Both the position numbers and the translations under genes were made by a program. From assembly GCF_006345805.1 (NCBI RefSeq), contig NC_042997.1, positions 150,040,001 through 150,104,000 on the forward strand: DNA of 64,000 nt. Reading direction: 5' to 3'. Positions 1 to 12,779 of the stretch are shown here, in pieces. The notes beneath the pieces are model-generated. The model was not told where the DNA came from. It saw only the letters and a list, made by a program, of their open reading frames with translations, and ran no database searches. This stretch comes from Octopus sinensis (lineage: Eukaryota). Each line of letters starts with the position of its first letter. The stretch's first letter is position 1.

Positions 1-940
1 TAAACACCTGCAATGTGAGCTGGACGAAATATACAAGTGGGCTGAAAAGAATAGCATGCAGTTCAATGCTGGAAAGTTTCAGCTTTATACTATCAGCATG
101 CAAAACTGAATGCAATACCCAATGAATACACTGGACCGGAGGGATTGCAATCCCAGAGGCACAATCAGTGCGTGACCTGGGGTATTCACATGAGTGATGA
201 CGCGACCTTTCATGTACATGTTGCTAAACTGACAATGAAATGTAAACGGCTGGCTGGATGGATTCTTAGAACCTTTAGAACAAGAGAACAAGAAACCATG
301 ATGGTCCTCTGGAAGACAATTGTCCTAAGCCACTTTGACTATTGCTCTCAGCTATGGTCACCATCCAGTGTCAAGTTGATCACAGAACTTGAGGCGATCC
401 AACGAAGCTACACAAAGAAGATAGCCTCTATGCAGAATGTAAGCTACTGGAAGACTCAAGAGATTTAAAATTATATTCCCTGGAGCGTAGGCGGGAAGAT
501 ATGCCATAATATACATCTGGAAGATCCTGGAGGGAAGTGTCCTGAACTTTGGCATCGAGAGTTACGCAAATGCCAGAACTGGGCGCCACTGCGTGGTGCC
601 TAGGACTCCAAACCTGCCATCAAGATGTAGGACAAGATTCTGTGATAGCCTGGGCTTCCGAGGCCCACAGCTCTTCAATATCCTCCCGAAGAACCTGAGA
701 GACCAGCATGGGTGGTGGATATACGATGTCTTAAAATGAAGCTGGATCTCTTCCTGTCAGGTGTCCCAGATGAACCAACTTCAAGGCAGGAGGGGCAGAT
801 GAGGGCAGCTGCATCGAACTCTCTCATGCACCAAATAGCAGTTGCTAGAAAGCCTCCATGAAGTGAAACCAAGTAGCAACACCAAATGGCGGTGCCCCAG
901 CATGGCCACAGCTCATAAGCTGAAACTAGAATCAATCAAT

Positions 941-944
<4 letters not shown>
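1..944 (+). mobile_element. CR1/L2-like LINE (family 1), frameshifted 3' part of ORF2 (RT C-terminus) plus 3' UTR and (AATC)n tail
   Basis: Pieced translation: KHLQCELDEIYKWAEKNSMQFNAGKFQL...WILRTFRTRE...LSHFDYCSQLWSP...LEAIQRSYTKKI...LKLYSLERRR...YIWKIL...RGPQLFNILPKNLRD. These are typical post-FADD motifs of CR1/L2 RTs. Several frameshifts; ends in a stem-loop (909-922) and AATC repeats. Runs off the window start. Confidence 0.92.
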
Positions 945-973
<29 letters not shown>

Positions 974-1125
974 CAAAAGAAGCAACCAGAATAACTTCGG
1001 TAATTTGGTACGATCGTTTCACGCTACATCATTTTATTAAATGTTGTTAGTATTACAACAGCTTTAAAATGTTGGGCAATCATCAGCCATTAATAGAGGT
1101 TTTCATTTGAATCTAATTTTTGCTG

Positions 1126-1181
<56 letters not shown>

Positions 1182-1315
1182 CACACACATGTACATATAT
1201 ACACATATATATGGACATGTGTATATGTATATATATTAATATATATATATATTATATATATTATATATATATTATATGTGTGTGTATCTCTCTCTCTCTC
1301 TCTCTACATATACAC

Positions 1316-1800
<485 letters not shown>

Positions 1801-1829
1801 TGTGTAACAGAGAGAGAATGAGATATGTT

Positions 1830-1860
<31 letters not shown>

Positions 1861-1871
1861 TATATAGAAGG

Positions 1872-1922
1872 AGCTTCTACAGGACTAGTACTGTTTCATT
1901 CAAGAGAAATCTTCAGGAAGCT
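1872..1922 (-). ncRNA. Type I hammerhead ribozyme candidate in a Penelope-like terminal repeat
   Basis: Minus strand reads AGCUUC-CUGAAGA-U UUC UCUU GAA U-GAAA-CAG-UACUAGUC-CUG-UA-GAAGCU: 6-bp stem I, intact core, stem II with a U.U closing mismatch, 4-bp stem III, GUA cleavage triplet. Confidence 0.65.
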
Positions 1923-2259
1923 ATTTAACAAGAATTGTATTAGCATTTATACATTTAGGCAGGTTTAAAGGAGTGGTGGTGGGGGACTTTTTTGGGGGTA
2001 GGCATAGCGCAAAATATCATACTTGGGGGAGTGGTCAAGGAGTCAGAGGTAAGTTAGATGAAAGAATAGATAAATAAAAAAATAAAATAAAAAATAAAAA
2101 ATAAAAAATAAAAAATAAAATATAAAAAATAAAAAAAATTAAAAAATAAAAAAAAAAAATAAAATAAAATGTGTGCACATACATACATAAACACATATAC
2201 ATACACACACACATACGTACACATGTGTGCCTATACATACCTACACATACCACACATAC

Positions 2260-2309
<50 letters not shown>

Positions 2310-2666
2310 ATATAACACAATCAAATACAGGCCCATTCCCTGATTTTTAATTTTATTATCTTCATTTATTACTTTTGTTATCTTTGATCGCTAGGGCTAA
2401 GGATCCTGGCGATGGCAGCATGTCCAATTGTCTGTACTAGAAGGCAAGTACTCGTTCCCGCACGCACACTCATTAGCACGTACATACACCCATTCTACAC
2501 TCATACACATACACGTACGCACGCGTTATATTCATACGTACAAAACATCTACATACGTTCACGTATATACACATACGTACTCGTACCTACAGATTCATGT
2601 CTACACTTTAGGAGGCTAGTCTATATATATACACCAATAAATATACATATATATATATATATACAT

Positions 2667-2707
<41 letters not shown>

Positions 2708-2942
2708 ACATACATACACCACACACATATATACATATACCACACATACATACACATATATATCACATTACACAAATATATATACACACACATATATATA
2801 TTACATATATACACACATATATACACAAACCTAACATACATATACACATAAACACATACCTACGTAAACATACATACATATCCATACATCCATAATTACA
2901 TTGCATTTATACGCATACATACACCCCATCTAATATAATATC

Positions 2943-3014
<72 letters not shown>

Positions 3015-3518
3015 TCACACATACATATACAATATACGCCCACAATACATACATACACGTATACGCATACACGCACATACACATATACATGCGTACCCAT
3101 ACACGTGCACACACGCACATGCATCCATATATAACACAACACACACACATATACACGTGTGTAAGCATACATACACATACTCATACACGCACACATACTT
3201 ACATATACATATATGCACACACTTACAAACTATATAAATACACATATACATGCATACATACATATATGCATACATACACATAACAGTGTGTATATATATA
3301 TGTGTGTAAGTGTGTGCATATATGTATATGTAAGTATGTGTGCGTGTATGAGTATGTATGTATGCTTACACACGTGTATATATGTGTGTGTGTGTGTATA
3401 TATATGGATGCATGTGCGGTGTGCACGTGTATGGGTACGCATGTATATGTGTATGTGCGTGGTATGCGTATACGTATGTAGTATGTGTGGGCGTATATTT
3501 GTATACGTGGTGGGAGTG

Positions 3519-3589
<71 letters not shown>

Positions 3590-3820
3590 ATATATAGATG
3601 GGGGTGTATGTATGCGTATAAATGCATGTAAGTATGGATGTATGGATGTATGTATGGTATGTTTACGTATGTATGTGTTTGTGTGTATATGTATGTAGGT
3701 GTGTGTATGTATGTGTGTGTATATATGTATATATATCTATGTGTGTATATATGTTTGTGTATGTATATATATGTGTATGTATGTGTGTGTATATATATAT
3801 GTGTGTGTTGTGTATGTATG

Positions 3821-3858
<38 letters not shown>

Positions 3859-3964
3859 ATATATATATATGTATATATGTATGTGTGTGTATATGTATAT
3901 ATATATGGGGTATGTATCTGTATGTAGGAGTATATATATGTGTGTGTGTGTGTGTATGTGTATA

Positions 3965-4008
<44 letters not shown>

Positions 4009-4332
4009 TATTTGTGTATATATATAGACTAGCCTCCTAAAGTGTAGACATGAATCTGTAGGTACGAGTACGTATGTGTATATAGTGAACGTATGTAGAT
4101 GTTTGTACGTATGAATATAACGCGTGCGTACGTGTATGTGTATGAGTGTGCGAATGGGTGTATGTACGTGCTAATGAGTGTGCGTGCGGGAACGAGTACT
4201 TGCCTTCTAGTAGACAGACAATTGGACATGCTGCCATCGCCAGGATCCTTAGCCCTAGCGATCAAAGATAACAAAAAGTAATAAATGAAGATAATAAAAT
4301 TAAAATCAGGGAATGGGCCTGTATTTTGATGT

Positions 4333-4370
<38 letters not shown>

Positions 4371-4718
4371 GTATGTATGTGTGTATGTGTAGGTATGTAT
4401 AGGCACACATGTGTACGTATGTGTGGTGTATGTATATGTGTTTATGTATGTATGTGCACACATTTTATTTTTTTATTTTTTTTTATTTTTTTTATTTTTT
4501 TTATTTTTTTTATCTTTTATATTTTATTTTTATTTTTTATTTTTATTTTTTATTTTATTTTTTTATTTATCTATTCTTTCATCTAACTTACCACTGACTC
4601 CTTGACCACTCCCCCAAGTATGATATTTTGCGCTATGCCTACCCCCAAAAAAGTCCCCACCACCACCACTCCTAAACCTGCCTAAATGTATAAAATGCTA
4701 ATACAATTCTTGTTAAAT

Positions 4719-4768
4719 AGCTTCCTGAGATTTCTCTTGAATGAAACAGTACTAGTCCTGTAGAAGCT
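4719..4768 (+). ncRNA. Mirror copy of the 1872-1922 hammerhead, one A missing from the core (CUGAGA)
   Basis: AGCTTCCTGAGATTTCTCTTGAATGAAACAGTACTAGTCCTGTAGAAGCT; right-arm counterpart within the palindrome. Confidence 0.5.
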
Positions 4769-5724
4769 CCTTCTATAATAAATTAATTTTACTCTGCTAT
4801 GTATTGAGTACCTTACTTACTGTGGTTAACCCCGGATCAAACCGGACCTACATATATATATATATAATATATATATAGCGTCATAATAAATCAAAACCAT
4901 TTAATTCTAAGAATAAAACAAAAAAAAAGAATTATTTTATATGAGACTTCAATAATGAATAGATAAATGTTGAAAAACGAACGGTGATTTTAATCGACAT
5001 CATTTAATTATTAAATATTCAGAATTGGGATGAATAAATGAAATTGAGTATCAAGTATTTATGGACGCTTGATTTACTGTGGGCTGACATTTGGCCAAAC
5101 ATGTATCTATATGAATGAGCATATATGTTTGTGCACGCGTGTGTGTGTGGAAACACACACATGCAAAGACAATTGCATACGGATTCAGATATTCTCAATT
5201 ACGCACGCTTGCCATTACTTAGCTTTGGCCCTTATTGCTTTAACTTAATTGCTCCACTTGGGGTTAAGCTTTAAGCTATCATTTAGCACATCGTAGTCTA
5301 CTCAAGTATGAAATTATTGTTTACCACGATATAACCAGGTGTAGAGAAATTGTTATTGCTCGATGAATTCAGCTAGGTAACATTTGAATGCTTAGAGATC
5401 TTTTGCTCCTTCGAATTATATCGAATAAGACAAGATCGGCAGAGGTAAAAATGTCAATCACAATGTCCTTCCGCGATGTGAGCGCCACTTTCTAGGGATA
5501 ACTTTGGGTGACTAGTGAACTTGATAGCCGCGTAGGCTACACTGTGTTCATGTAATAACACGAGTAGAAATAGGCATAACGTGGGTACACACAAGTATGT
5601 GAGCATACAGATGCACGCACTGAAACATACATCCATTTATAGATCCATCATCTACACATAATACATACATACACACATGTATCTATCTATCTTTCTATAG
5701 ATAGATAGAAGATAGATGATAGAT

Positions 5725-5757
<33 letters not shown>

Positions 5758-5805
5758 AGATAGATAGTAGATAGATAGGTATATATATATATGTATGTAT
5801 ATATA

Positions 5806-5856
<51 letters not shown>

Positions 5857-6275
5857 AATAAACATTTATATATAAAGAAAGTGAAATACACGAAGGGACG
5901 AAAACGGAAAACAGACAAGTCATTCGAAGCCTTCAATCTTCAGTCAGAAACCGAATCATCATGGCAAATTTCGGCTGATCAATTCTGATATTTGCTCCAA
6001 CTCGGCCAGCCCCAAGGAAAAAACTAAGCTGTGGGCATTAGATTCTTGGTAGAAGGAAAGAATGTAAAGCAACAGAGACGAATATAAATACAAGAAACGA
6101 AAACAAAATTGAAAACAGTAATGGTTTAAAAACAGGATAACAACGGGTTGTCTTACGACTTTTAGACAAAATGAGACAAAAACAAACTTATCAGCAGGGG
6201 TGGAAACAATCCTTTTCGGCAGATATATATATATATATATATATAATATATATATATATATAATATATATAGATG

Positions 6276-6365
<90 letters not shown>

Positions 6366-6783
6366 AAGATAGATGAAAGACAGATATTCTCTGTATAGAA
6401 TGCACTTTGTAGTGCACAAGAGTTTTACACTTAAACAGGTAGATGAGTAAACGTAAAGTTAAGCAAGTTAGGCAAGTCAATACAGAAAAAAATATTAAAT
6501 ACATTTAATACAAAAATCTACAGAATACAAATGATATCAGGATTTAAAGGGGTTGAAAAGGAACTTTACGAGTCCAACAGCTGTTTCTGGGGACTTGTTG
6601 TTCCAAAGTAATTTTTAAAATTTCATTCTTGATATCATTTCTATTATGTATAAGTCGAACCTTCTTGTATGTAAACATATGTACATATTTTTTGTGTTAA
6701 ATGTATTTAATAATTTTTGTATGTCGACTTGCCCGCCTTGCTTATCTTACATTTACTCCATATCCATATTCCATATTATACGC

Positions 6784-6845
<62 letters not shown>

Positions 6846-7128
6846 CTATATATATATATATATATTTAAAATAATTGAGATGGTAGACGTTTTTAATTTT
6901 CATTCCTTTCGAGAATTTATCCTTTTTTGTGGTTTTTGAGATTTCTACTGCTCTTTCTAGCACAACACTTTCCTATTTGGAAGCCTCTTATTGTATTTAT
7001 TATGTATATATATATATATATATATAATATATATTATATATATTATAGATATATATATATATTATATATATATATATATAAACATATACATCATCATAAT
7101 ATATATATATATATATAATATATAATAT

Positions 7129-7183
<55 letters not shown>

Positions 7184-7185
<2 letters not shown>

Positions 7186-8113
7186 AGGCCGATGTTTGGC
7201 TTATAGTTAGAAACTTCGAAGTCACTGTAAATAATATTCTTGTTATAGAATAGTAATTCTGTACTCTACAAAAATATAGAGTAAGCCTTGAGAGAAATGT
7301 AAAATACTTTTCATTATAACTGAACATAAAAACAAACATTATTCTGTATATATGCGTGTATGTATGTGTGTATGTAAGTATGTATGTAAGTATGTATGTG
7401 TGTGTTGTGTGAATGTGTGTGTGTATGCTCATACCTTCATATATGTGCGTGTTATGGTGTTACAAACACATAAATATAATTGCTTGTATATACATATTAC
7501 ATACATGTGTGCGTGTTTGTGGCGTGTTTTCAAGGAAGAAGAAATATATTCGTATAGAATACTCAGAAGTCTTCATTATTTTTATAAGCAATGAGACTTG
7601 AGTTTTTCTTTTCAGCTTATAACCATATATGAATACATGAATATAAATGTACTTTCATCTTTATGCAGACGCATTGCATATTTATATACGTTTCTACAGC
7701 TAAATATATTTATGAATACGCCACGTAAGTAAATGTTCAAATAATATCTAGCATCCGACAGCTATAAATATGTTCATTTTTTTCTAATTACTGTATGTTT
7801 CCAATTCTTAATCTGATATTCAAAATATTTTCAGACATTTTAATTAAGCGGATTACCTAAACTTAAAATGAATATATCAGGAGAATCGCTGGTTAACTAA
7901 TGGAATTTGAGTAGGATATATTTATGTATACGTCTGTATAAGACTGTTTACGGTTGCACATTTATGTATGTATCTGTATGCAAATATATATATATATAAT
8001 ATATATATATATACATACATATGAATATATATATACTTATATATACACATATACTCATATATATATATGTATGTATATACATATATATACATATATATAC
8101 ATATATATTCATA

Positions 8114-8150
<37 letters not shown>

Positions 8151-8418
8151 TTTTGATATAGTATACGTGTATATTATCAATTCACAAACACTCATATACA
8201 TAGACATTTGCATATATACGTATATGGGCGTGCTCATGTAAATAAGTATGTATTTATACATGCATATATCAGTGAGTGTTTGCATTAATGTGTACGCGTA
8301 CATACGTACATACATATTAACATATATATTCATATGTATATATTATATATATATACATATAATATATATTATATATACATATATATACATACATATATAT
8401 ATATATAATATATATATA

Positions 8419-8476
<58 letters not shown>

Positions 8477-9396
8477 AGGCCGATGTTTGGCTTAATAGTT
8501 AGAAACTTCGAAGTCACTGTAAATAATATTCTTGTTATAGAATAGTAATTCTGTACTCTACAAAAATATAGAGTAAGCCTTGAGAGAAATGTAAAATACT
8601 TTTCATTATAACTGAACATAAAAACAAACATTATTCTGTATATATGCGTGTATGTATGTGTGTATGTAAGTATGTATGTAAGTATGTATGTGTGTGTTGT
8701 GTGAAGGTGTGGTGTATGCTCATACCTTCATATATGTGCGTGTTATGGTGTTACAAACACATAATATAATGCTTGTATATACATATACATACATGTGTGC
8801 GTGTGTGTGGCGTGTTTTCAAGGAAGAGAAATATATTCGTTTATGAATACTCAGAATCTTCATTATTTTTATAAGCAATGAGACTTGAGTTTTTCTTTTC
8901 AGCTTATAACCATATATGAATACAGAATATAAAGTACTTCATCTTTATGCAGACGCATTGCATATTTATATACGTTTCTACAGCTAAATATATTTATGAA
9001 TACGCCACGTAAGTAAATGTTCAAATATATCTAGCATCCGACAGCTATAAATATGTTCATTTTTTTCTAATTACTGTATGTTTCCAATTCTTAATCTGAT
9101 ATTCAAAATATTTTCAGACATTTTAATTAAGCGGATTACCTAACTTAAAATGAATATATCAGGAGAATCGCTGGTTAACTAAGGAATTGAGTAGGATATA
9201 TTTATGTATACGTCTGTATAAGACTGTTTACGGTTGCACATTTATGTATGTATCTGTATGCAAATATATATATATATATATAATATATATATTACATACA
9301 TATGAATATATATATACTTATATATACACATATATACTCATATATATATGTATGTATATACATATATATACATATATATACATATATATTCATACA

Positions 9397-9430
<34 letters not shown>

Positions 9431-9713
9431 TTTTGATATAGTATACGTGTATATATTATCAATTCACAAACACTCATATACATAGACATTTGCATATATA
9501 CGTATATGGGCGTGCTCATGTAAATAAGTATGTATTTATACATGCATATATCAGTGAGTGTTTGCATTAATGTGTACGCGTACATACGTACATACATATT
9601 AACATATATATTCTATTATATGTATATATAGATATATAATCACATTTATATATTTTATATATTTACATTTATTATATATATATACATGATATATATATAA
9701 TATATATATATAT

Positions 9714-9760
<47 letters not shown>
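7184..9760 (+). repeat. ~1.29-kb direct tandem duplication (copies start 7184 and 8475)
   Basis: Both copies begin GGAGGCCGATGTTTGGCTT and are colinear throughout. The second copy carries many single-base deletions and ends just before the gap. Confidence 0.95.
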
Positions 9761-9782
<22 letters not shown>

Positions 9783-9822
9783 AAATGAATGGGGAAGGGA
9801 GAGAGAGATTTATGGACATATT

Positions 9823-9922
9823 NNNNNNNNNNNNNNNNNNNNNNNNNNNNNNNNNNNNNNNNNNNNNNNNNNNNNNNNNNNNNNNNNNNNNNNNNNNNNN
9901 NNNNNNNNNNNNNNNNNNNNNN
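9823..9922. other. Assembly gap (100 N)
   Basis: Run of exactly 100 N, a typical placeholder for a gap of unknown size. Confidence 1.
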
Positions 9923-10043
9923 CGACCCCGAAAGGATGAAAGGCAAAGTCGACCTCGGCGGAATTTGACTCAGAAAGTAACAGCAGACGAAATACTGCTA
10001 CGCATTTCGCCCGGCGTGCTAACGTTTCTGCCAGCTCGCGCCT
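9923..10043 (-). mobile_element. SINE family B, 5' part (cut by the gap)
   Basis: Reverse complement closely matches the family B head GGCGGCGAGCTGGCAGAAACGTTAGCACGCCGGGCGAAATG...GAGT(T)CAAATTCCGCCGAGGTCGACTTTGCCTTTCATCCTTTCGGGGTCG. Confidence 0.88.
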
Positions 10044-10110
10044 TCGTAGCTAAAATACTGGCATCATTAAAACATTGAAGATTTTCACCCCGCAAAAAAG
10101 CAGTTCCCGC

Positions 10111-10215
10111 TCTTCTTCTTCTTCTTCTTCTTCTTCTTCTTCTTCTTCTTCTTCTTCTTCTTCTTCTTCTTCTTCTTCTTCTTCTTCTTCGTCTTCTTCC
10201 TTTCCTTCTACTTCT
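10111..10215. repeat. (TTC)n microsatellite
   Basis: Near-perfect TCT/TTC array; source of the poly-Ser and poly-Arg ORFs. Confidence 0.98.
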
Positions 10216-11874
10216 TCTCACACCCTCAGAGAGAAAGAGGATATTAAACCCCTTCCAAGACATATATTGCATCCGTCCATCTCGTTCGCCATCACTGGAT
10301 ACTTTGGACGGTATTTGAAGTATGCGAGGTGAGATGTATGTATGTATGAATGAATGATTATGGAGAGAGAGAAAGAGAGAATTAAAAGAATCGATTCCAG
10401 TTTGACTGATAGGTACCTCATTCTATGGCTTCCGGATAGATGAAAAGCAAAGCTGACCTCGGGGTGATTTGAAGAAAGTGAGAAAGAGAATTGATGTTTC
10501 TGTTGCGAGAATCTTGGAAGTAGGTAGTGGATGGAGAAATAGAGAGTTATGTAAAAGAAAGAAACATAGATAGTCAGATGGACAGAGAGAAAGAGAAAAT
10601 GGACTGGTGGGGTTCGGATGAATAGAAACGGACAAACAGATAGTCAGAAATATGGAGCCAAAGGGAACTGAGAGAAACAGGAGCGAAATAAGAAATACAG
10701 GGCAAGGAGGTTTTAAGTCAATCAGTGATTAAGGTTTTAGTACTTCGAGATGATCATTTCTGAATGACGATAATTTCAGGGATTCATAGCAAGTGGGTTG
10801 ATTGTCACATAGAAATTATTGTTCATCAGTCCCATGTCAGTGTTGTTGAAGCAAACATATGATAAAAGGCATTCCAACCGTGACCATCATAATTTTCCAG
10901 CGTAAAGAAAACTCAGGAGTACATCACCGAATGTTTTCTTTGTGTATGACTTTGGGGTGAAACTTGAGGAAAATATGGTAACTTCTTCTTGTAGGCCAAG
11001 TAGCCGCTTTGCAGGCTCTCTCGTTGTTCACTCCTGCGTGAACAAATGGGAGAGGATGAGTAGGGGAACAGTTGTACGGGTGGATGGATCGATAGATACG
11101 CAGATAGATGGTTGAATGTTTGAATGGATAGAGAGATGAGTGGATTTTCAGAGAGATGAAATATCTGCGCGTGTCTATTTAAATGCATGTGTGTGTGTGT
11201 GTAGTTGCTTGCTGTAAGAGAGTGCCTATGTTTATTAACTTGAGTAATTGTGTGTATGGGGGTTGTATATGTGTGCGAGTGTGTTAGTGCACACGTATTA
11301 TTTCTGATTCTGTCTGGTGTTGGCCTCCAAGTGTGTTTGCGCGCGCGCACGATTAGATATGATAAAATATAAAATGAAGGAGAAAATGAAGGAAAGAGAA
11401 AGGGGGGGAAAAAAGAAAATGAAAGGAAAAAGTACGGAGTACCAATGCGTGTATGCACATGTTTTTGTGTCAGTTTGCAAGTGTGTCCGCTGTATGCTTG
11501 TAGAGTACTTGTCTGAATGGATGATATAAATACAGAGAGAGAAAGAGAGAGATTGTGTGCGTGTGTGTGTAAGACAAACATTTTGTGAAGAGAGAAAGAA
11601 AGGAAGATAGAAATAAAGAGAGACATACAAAGAAAAAGACGGAATGGAGTGAGCGTGTGCCGTGAGTATGCGCATGTATGTGGGAATGTTACTGAAGAGA
11701 ATATTTTAGACCAGTCAATGAACTGGCAAATAGTCAGACAAATTGTGTGCGCGTGTGCGTGTGTGTGTGAGCGAGCGAGATTACAGCCAGAGACAGACGA
11801 AGAGGCACAAAGACAGATATATGTGATGGTGGGTATGCATGGCTGTGTGAACGTGCGTGTGTATGTATGAAAAA

Positions 11875-12025
11875 GAAAATTGGCAAACCTGCTGCGTGTT
11901 ACGTAGAATGCTCTGCGGAATTTGAGACTGTTCTATGCGCTCAGGGTTCAGATCCTGTCGAGGTCAAATTTTCCTTTCATCCCTACGTTAACAATGATTA
12001 AAATAGAAGTATTGGGTTCTTAATA
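11875..12025 (+). mobile_element. Degenerate SINE family B relic interrupted by the family C SINE
   Basis: GGGTTCAGATCCTGTCGAGGTCAAATTTTCCTTTCATCCC resembles the family B B-box and central domain. Confidence 0.5.
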
Positions 12026-12354
12026 AAAAAAAAGACTCCGCCGGTTACGACGACGAGGGTCCCAGCTGATACGATCAACGGAACAGCTTGCTCGTGAAAT
12101 TAACGTGCAAATGGCTGAGCATTCCACAGACACGTGTACCCTTAACGTAGTTCTCGGGGATAATCAGCGTGACACAGAGAGTGACAAGGCTGACCCTTTG
12201 AAATACAAGTACAACTCATTTTTGCCAGCTGAGTGGACTGGAGCAACGTGAAATAAAGTGTCTTGCTCAAGGACAAAACGCGTCGCCGGGAATCGAACTC
12301 ACAACCTTACGATCATGAGCCGAATGCCCTAACCACTAAGCCACGCGCCCTCAC
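12026..12354 (-). mobile_element. SINE family C (tRNA-derived), full length, with 12-bp target-site duplication
   Basis: Minus-strand head GGGCGCGTGGCTTAGTGGTTAGGGC...CTCATGA...GAGTTCGATTCCC (A/B boxes, tRNA-like), then CCTTGAGCAAGACACTT. Flanked by GGGTTCTTAATA at 12014-12025 and 12355-12366. Confidence 0.9.
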
Positions 12355-12451
12355 GGGTTCTTAATACCCTACCACACACTTCCCATTTCATCTCACCGTT
12401 ATCTCTTCCCCCCTCCCTAACACACACACACATTTATATATTTATATATAT

Positions 12452-12610
12452 AGGCACAGGAGTGGATACGTGGTAAGTATCTTACTTATCATATGGTCCC
12501 AGGTCCAGTCCCACTCCAGGGCACCTGGAGCAAGTGTCTTCTAATGTAACACCGTGCCGATCAAAGACTTCTAAGTGGATTTTGTAGACGGAAGCTGAAA
12601 GATGCCAGTC

Positions 12611-12612
<2 letters not shown>
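12452..12612 (+). mobile_element. SINE family A, diverged 5' module
   Basis: AGGCACAGGAGTGGATACGTGGTAAG...CAGTCCCACTCCAGGGCACCTGGAGCAAGTGTCTTC...GTAGACGGAAGCTGAAAGA, ending in (TA)n. Confidence 0.8.
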
Positions 12613-12709
<97 letters not shown>

Positions 12710-12779
12710 CAATGATATTTATATTTATATCTATATATATATATATATATACATAATTTGAAACTGACTTATTGGAAGT

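Larger units (their letters stand above)
1856..4782. repeat. ~2.9-kb inverted duplication; arms ~1856-3228 and ~3303-4782, ~74-bp spacer
   Basis: Unique segments (1861-2070 vs 4560-4782; 2320-2620 vs 4027-4330) and the intervening microsatellite patterns are reverse complements. Differences are mostly 1-2 nt indels. Confidence 0.95.

Noticed and set aside
1005-1040. Minus-strand GAAAC-GAUC-GUA resembling the 3' half of a hammerhead
   Set aside because: Upstream core reads AUGAUGU, and neither stem I nor stem II can form.
5915-5960. Minus-strand CUGAAGA...CUUCGAAU...GUC
   Set aside because: GAAA is absent (GAAU) and stem I does not pair; at best a decayed PLE end.
6570-6605. Minus-strand AGUCC...GAAACAGCUGUU-GGACU
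   Set aside because: The CUGANGA core and stem II are missing entirely, so it cannot be called a ribozyme.
7184-7230. CCGAUGU...GAAACUUCGAAGUC hammerhead-like string (also at 8475)
   Set aside because: Core is non-canonical at two positions and there is no stem I complement.
12270-12350. tRNA-Met-like sequence
   Set aside because: Acceptor and T stems do not pair properly; it is the head of SINE C, inside a TSD.
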